DNA of 64,000 nt from Antedon mediterranea (taxonomy: Eukaryota > Animalia > Echinodermata): assembly GCF_964355755.1 (NCBI RefSeq), contig NC_092678.1:24321365-24385364 (forward strand), read 5' to 3'. The number at the start of each line of letters is the position of its first letter. The stretch's first letter is position 1. Under the pieces are notes generated by a model. The model was not told where the DNA came from, made no database searches, and saw nothing but the letters and a program-made list of their open reading frames with translations. Shown here one piece after another: positions 58,401 through 64,000 of the stretch. The position numbers were made by a program, and so were the translations under genes.

Positions 58401-61400
58401 GGTTTCTCTTTTGGGAGTTTTGATGGAATTATAAATCTAAAAGTTGATAAATTATAATTGTCACATTGTCATTTTATATTGTCAAATTTGTTTAAGCCTA
58501 AAACAAGGTTTATTTACTGTTTTTATTGACCAATATGAGGACATTTTGAATGGCAAAAAAAAACGATTGTTTAAAAGATTTGTTTCTTACTTGTTGTCAT
58601 CGTATGGTAGAATAATTTCAAATCTAGCCAGCAACTGTATGTATCGTTCGGTCAAATCATCCCTGCATCCATTTTTTGATAATAGTTCCTTTAATGTGTT
58701 CTTCTCAATTCTTCCCTGTTCTACCTAAAAATGCATAACATTGTAGAAATAAATTTACGCCACAACTAAACATTGTTTAGAAATTGCTACTGATCAGGTT
58801 GTTTTAAAAACCTAAAGGTTTGTTTTTGATACATACTATAAATTTAGAACACAACTAACAAAACACACTGACCAATCAGTCTATTTTCCGATACTTACTA
58901 AATGAGGCTGCAATCTGGTTACAACAGACAGGATGCTACTAAGCCAAGCTGGTTCCAGGAAATAGACTGTGTTCAAACCATGAAGCTGCTCATTGTAATG
59001 TAAGATGGTTCCAGTGTGGTTAAGAAAAAGCACCGCTGAAAAACAAGGAAAGAAACTGTCAGCCTAAATGGAAAACAAAACTCGCTCGAAACATTGCAGC
59101 CAAGATCTTTGAAGGATTGCATAGTATAGTAGTATGAATAAAGACTAGTAAAGGTAGTTGTAGTAAATGTCTAAGTGTGATGTGTCTAAATATGGTAGTG
59201 ATATGCTCAAATGTGGTAGTGATATGACATCATCATGTCTATATATGGGCACATCACACTTTTTTTGTCACATCAGGGAGGGTGAACTAACCTTGTTGGA
59301 GGTCGTCGTCGGTGGAGATGTCGTTATCTGGTATTTGCTTTACAAGTTCGTTCAACTCTACCTCCGTCATCACGGGAGGACGAGCGTCCTCTTTTGCTGA
59401 TTTTAGTAGCTGTTCTTTCATGGAAAGAATCTTTTCTCGTAACTTGATATAACTCAATGGAATCTGCAAGATAACAAGATTGTTGAAAAATACAAGATTT
59501 CGTGAGAGCAACGGAAAACAATGTTACATGATGCATACCTGGTACTTTGGAACCATTTTTAGCTCATCATAGGAACTACTGCTCCTATAGTAATCAGGGT
59601 ATACTACGTGATATTTGCATTAAGCTGAATAGTGGCCAGGAAATTAAACTTAACATTAGTTACCTGTTTATGAAGAAGCCTTTCTTTGCCATCTGTTAGC
59701 ATAGTAGCAGCGGTGTAGATCAACTCCCTTAGCTTGTTAATAGGATCGCTGGTGGGCTGTGTGGCTGCCAGAGTAATCACTCCATCTATATGGGGGTAGC
59801 CATCCTTGTGGATGAAGCTGGATTTGATATGCTCCATCAATTTCTGTTTGTCTTCGTTTGAACCGGTGTAATCGTCTTTATGAGTGGCTACGAGAATTAC
59901 GTTTGACTTTGGTGCCCTGGCCTGGAAAATTAAACAAATTGGAAAATCAATTTTTAAAATAAACATGGACGTAGAAGGTAGTATGACTGTGGTTCTAGCA
60001 TGATACAAAAGAAACGAGTTGCGGTCTTTTTACCTGAATATTCAGAAGATGAGGTCGTAGCTTCTCAATTCCTTCTATACCTTCCGTCATATCCCACACC
60101 GCAAGATAGAGGGCGTATGGGGTCAAAAAGCACTGATTAATTGTGTCAAATTTCTCGGCTCCTGATAAATCCCAATAGGTAACCATAATATCAACATCCT
60201 GAAAAGAAATTAATAATTAGATCAGTAAAAATATATCTATTAAAATGAATCACATTCGTTCACGTTTTTACAGTTTTTAAGGTAGTGGTACCATACATTT
60301 TAATAGCAATATGTTGTACACTAGCAAGCAGATAAGAGGTTTAAAACTATCTGGTACGAACCTTTGCAGATTTTTTGTTAGAAACATTTCGCAATTTCCA
60401 TTCTCCAATGTTGATGCATGAGTTATCAATCTTGGTCTCTAACACATCCTTCTTGGACACCTTCTTAAGGCTTGCTAACAGAGTTGTTTTACCACTTTTC
60501 TAATAAAAGAAACACACATTGTTCTATTAATACTGTCAACTTGTGTGTCCTCTTAATAGAGGTGTCCCCTTGAGTACGGGTTAGCCTTATTAAGGGGACA
60601 CAGTGGCCGTATTCACCAATCACACTTAAGTGAGATATTTCCCTTAAATTTTAAGTATTTCACTTAAATTGTATTCACTTAAATAAGAGATTTTTTTTTA
60701 TTTTACGGGTAAGTGTTTCCCTTAGCCTAAGTGTGAATGGTGAATACGGCCACTGTCCTTTTAATAGGGGTGTCCCCTTCAGTACGGGTTAGCCATAGTG
60801 CTCCTCATTCGTTTTACAGGAAAGAGTCTCCTTAGGGTTGTTGTCCTAAAGGAGGGGTTCTAATCTACCCAATATCACTACCTAATATGACGTAGTAGAA
60901 GTAGTAGAAAATATCAGAAACAAGTTTTTATTTTGCTGAATATTGTAATGTGTTTCAGTTTCTCACCTCCGGACCAACAATAAGCAGTTTGATTCCAAGA
61001 TGGCGGACAGCTTTTCGTAAACTATTCCTCAGGTATCGCAGAACATCTTTTGTTAGTACTTTCTTGGACACAGCTTCAGGTATCAAGTGTTGTGGTAGAT
61101 TGGTCGGGCGCACACCTTCAAACCGCAAGATGTCCAAGTTCTTTAAAAGTCCAAGTTCCTCTGGAAGAGTTTGTATTTTGGAATTTCTGTAAAGAAATGT
61201 TACACAAGTCAATAATGTGCATTGACTTTTCTTAATAATACGGTTAACTCTCCCAATACCGGACACCTTTGGGCTGGCGTAATATGTCTGGTTTTCTGGA
61301 AAGTCTGGTAATCAGAATGTGTTTTTAATGGTAAAAATGAATTTGGGACTTTTTGGACCTCAAGAAAAGTTTGATTATGGGAGAGTTTCTGGTTTTCAGA

Positions 61401-63360
61401 GAGTTCGGTATAATTTTTTACGAAAGAAAGTACACTCACCCGCTAATGTCCAGTTCAGCCAAGGAACACATTGTACTAATTCCGTCTGGGACTGCTTCTA
61501 TTGAGTTGTGAGCTAAGGACAGGATGGTCAGACTATCTTGTATCTCAGCTGGGAAGTCTAGTGAAGTCTGCGTTTGAATATTGCACGATTGTTCTTCTGG
61601 TGAGGAAGAGCTGAAAGCGCGGATCGACAGAAAATTCTTCCGCAGTTTGGATAAAGATGATCTTTAAGAGAAAAAAAACATTCAGTGATGTGCCCATCTA
61701 TGGACATGATGATGTCATATCACTATAATATTTGGGCATATCACTACCATGTTTGGGCATATCACTTTTTTTGTCAAACTAGTCTGATAGTGTAGACAGA
61801 GCTTTACAATAACAACAAATATAATTGTTACGACTTTTATTATTAGTATGCTATTAATAGTTAACTCAATTTTCACAATTATTTTTTTTCCAAAATACTT
61901 CACGTATCACAAAGCATAAGTTCAGTTCTCAACAAATAGAGATTTACATTACTTTTTGATGTGTGTATTTTCATATTGGTATACTACCCTCTATAATCTA
62001 ATTATTTCTCGTTGACCACTTACTGTTCAGGTGAATGTATTTGCTGAGGTTGATGAAACACCAACAAGTTATGAGACAGATCCAAGTGCTTTAACCTTTG
62101 AACCTTCCAGTCTTGCATTGTGGGTAATGATACAATCTTATTGCGAGATAACTTAAGTGAGTTTAGAGCTATGAGTTCAGTGATGCATTTTGGAATTACT
62201 TCAACGCCGTTGTTGGCAAGGTTTAAGTACTGTAGTGTTCGTTTCCAGAATTTGTCAAAGTCAGGAGGCAGAGATTCAATTGCGTTATATTCAGCGTGAA
62301 GTCGCTCCTAAAAAAAACAAAAAATGTACTTGATATATGAATTTATTTCTTGTATCCTATTCAAAAGAGTAGGGATAATGAGGTCATATATAGGGTATAC
62401 GAGTAGGGATTGCTGGTGTTGTGTACTGAAAATGCTCACAGCGAAAGAAGATGAGAAAAATAAAATAAAAAATGATAAAGATCGGAAAAGGGAAATAGCT
62501 ACTTTGATAATAAAAACAGCTAGAGGCTATTCAGAACTACATTACCACAATGGGAAAAATGATAATGTGAACGCGTGGGCGGACAATGCCAACGTGCTTC
62601 AGTATAAAGACGAAATGAATGAAAGAAAACATTAAATATAATCTTACCAATGGACAGTTCCAACTGGACGGCAAAGATGTCAACTTATTGTACGCAATAT
62701 TCAACTTGGCAAGTTGTATAGCACCTTCTATTGCTTTAGGGATGGCTGAGAGTTGATTACGAGAAATGTCGAGATCGGATAAAGCGGGGCATTGCCAAAG
62801 ACCAGACGTTGATGACTTTGGTAGCGTGGTGAGAAGATTACGTGACAGGTCGAATTCCTGTAGGTGGGGTAAATTAAAGTAGTTCAAGGGTACAGCATGC
62901 AACTCATTTCTAGACGCATTAATTTCAACAAGCCTACATAAAAAAAAAAATCATACATTATTATTTTCTGAAAGAGATTACAAATATTTACTCTATTGTG
63001 TAAATTGAAAACTTAGGTGTGTCTCTGTTAAAATTACCTTGAAATTATTATTTTCTGAAAGAGATTACAAATATTTAATCTATTGTTTTATTTGAAAACT
63101 TAGGTACAAGTGTGTCAAAATTACCGTGAGTTACTGGAAACGTCTGGCTGAAGAGGCTCAGGCAGACTCTCTAGCCAGTTGTTAGAAATATCAAGCACTT
63201 CCAAATATGGATGTGACCAGATCAATTCAGGCGGAACACGACGCAGGTCATGATTATCTGATAGGTCGATGGAAAACAGATATTCGCTGTATGTAGGCTC
63301 CTTAATCCAGGTTCCAAGAAAGCCATGAAGACCTCTACCACTCCAGTAGGCTTTCAATTT
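49480..63360 (-). CDS. LRRK1: LRRK1-like Roco kinase (LRR-Roc-COR-kinase-WD40-like), 5' end outside window
   Basis: LRR exons 61000-63360; Roc LLIVGPE/KSGKTT, WDLSG, ILVATHKD; COR IPLSYIKL, FIPTGFWSRLVSRL, YWRQGI, LIQEWYPG; kinase SGGFGVVY, VAVKK, IIYCDLKTDNVLLWSL, TDYGIS, APE, DIFSYGMVLY (CDLK and DYGIS match LRRK1 rather than LRRK2); last exon 49480-50628. Confidence 0.9.
51609..51765. mobile_element. Palindromic MITE family A (AAGCTCTGTCTACACTATCAAACT ends)
   Basis: TIR-bounded ~150-165 bp unit flanked by TA; whole or partial copies at ~7190-7315, 8170-8220, 8420-8523, 15473-15583, 16639-16771, 21687-21819, 59172-59272, 61686-61805, 63453-63573, 63682-63840. Confidence 0.88.
52441..53269. 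mobile_element. PIF/Harbinger-like MITE in LRRK intron
   Basis: TIRs GGGCCTGTTTCTGCTGCAACT / AGTTGGCAGCAGAAACAGGGCC, ATA on both flanks, many subterminal ATACGGTAT motifs. Confidence 0.8.
55169..57099. repeat. 26-bp intronic minisatellite, ~74 copies
   Basis: (GCAAGATTGGTGTGTGTAAGGGTATA)n between exons 57305-57543 and 54088-55073, which join in phase (WYPG/FSGDD) without it. Confidence 0.97.
60586..60770. mobile_element. Small palindromic MITE-like element in LRRK intron
   Basis: CAGTGGCCGTATTCACCA (60601) / TGGTGAATACGGCCACTG (to 60755); flanked on both sides by GGTGTCCCC..AGTACGGGTTAGCC. Confidence 0.65.
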
Positions 63361-64000
63361 CTAAAATAATAAATTAAGTTTTTTTTAATTTAATTTGATA
63401 AAATGTTATAAAACAATTTTAATACAGAGAGTTCATTATACTTTCAAGGACATAGTTTGACAAAAAAAAGTGTGAAGTGCCCAAATATGGTAGTGATATG
63501 ACATCATCATATCCATATATGGGCACATCACATGTTTTTGTCACATAAAGTTTGATAGTGTAGTCAAAGCTTTACCATAATAGTATGTGGGTTGTAGGAC
63601 AAGAACCACTAAATCCTATTACAGAATGAGCCTAAAATATCCACTAATTATCTATGCTGTTCAAACATCAACACTCCTTTAAAGCTCTGTCTACAATATC
63701 AAACTTTATGTGACACAAAAATGTGATGTGCCCATATATGGACATGATGATGTCACATCACTACCATATTTGGGTATATCACTACCATATTTGGGCACAC
63801 TTTTTTTGTAAAACTAGTTTGATAAGTATAGATAGAGCTTTAGGCACTGGGCGTATCTTTTAATCATGATTATTGTATTAGTAATCCTTGACCATGCATG
63901 GTGTTAACATACTGTACTTCCCTTCAAATCCAAGGGTACTGGGTTCAACTCAAGGTCTACTCTATAACCAGGATGTTATTCATGGCTAAAAAATAATCTA

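Overview
AT-rich, intron-containing metazoan DNA (invertebrate; echinoderm-like gene content, taxonomy inferred only). Genes reconstructed by eye from GT-AG exons with consistent phases: a decayed KLHL12-like kelch pseudogene (+); a 10-exon orphan gene (+) encoding a ~397-aa mostly disordered protein with five 27-aa repeats and one hydrophobic helix; a copine (-) head-to-head with a PRA1/ARL6IP5-like gene (+); two tandem tRNA-Pro(AGG); a CARD+death-domain adaptor (+); an SRCR-SRCR-CCP-CCP-TM receptor (-); two divergently oriented single-exon 3-Ig receptors with near-identical ectodomains but unrelated tyrosine-motif tails; and the 3' ~14 kb of an LRRK1-like Roco kinase (-). Repeats: four tandem arrays (106, ~87, 47 and 26 bp units), several MITE families, HINE-like and SINE-like fragments, an RTE-LINE end, and a short retroposed family carrying a minimal hammerhead ribozyme motif. 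Most notable: the paired Ig receptors, a 4.6-kb foldback element whose satellite arms repeat the half-site of its palindromic termini, an intronic sense-strand hammerhead in copine, and overlapping PTAP/PSAP/PPxY motifs at the copine C-terminus. All coordinates were read by hand and no searches were run.
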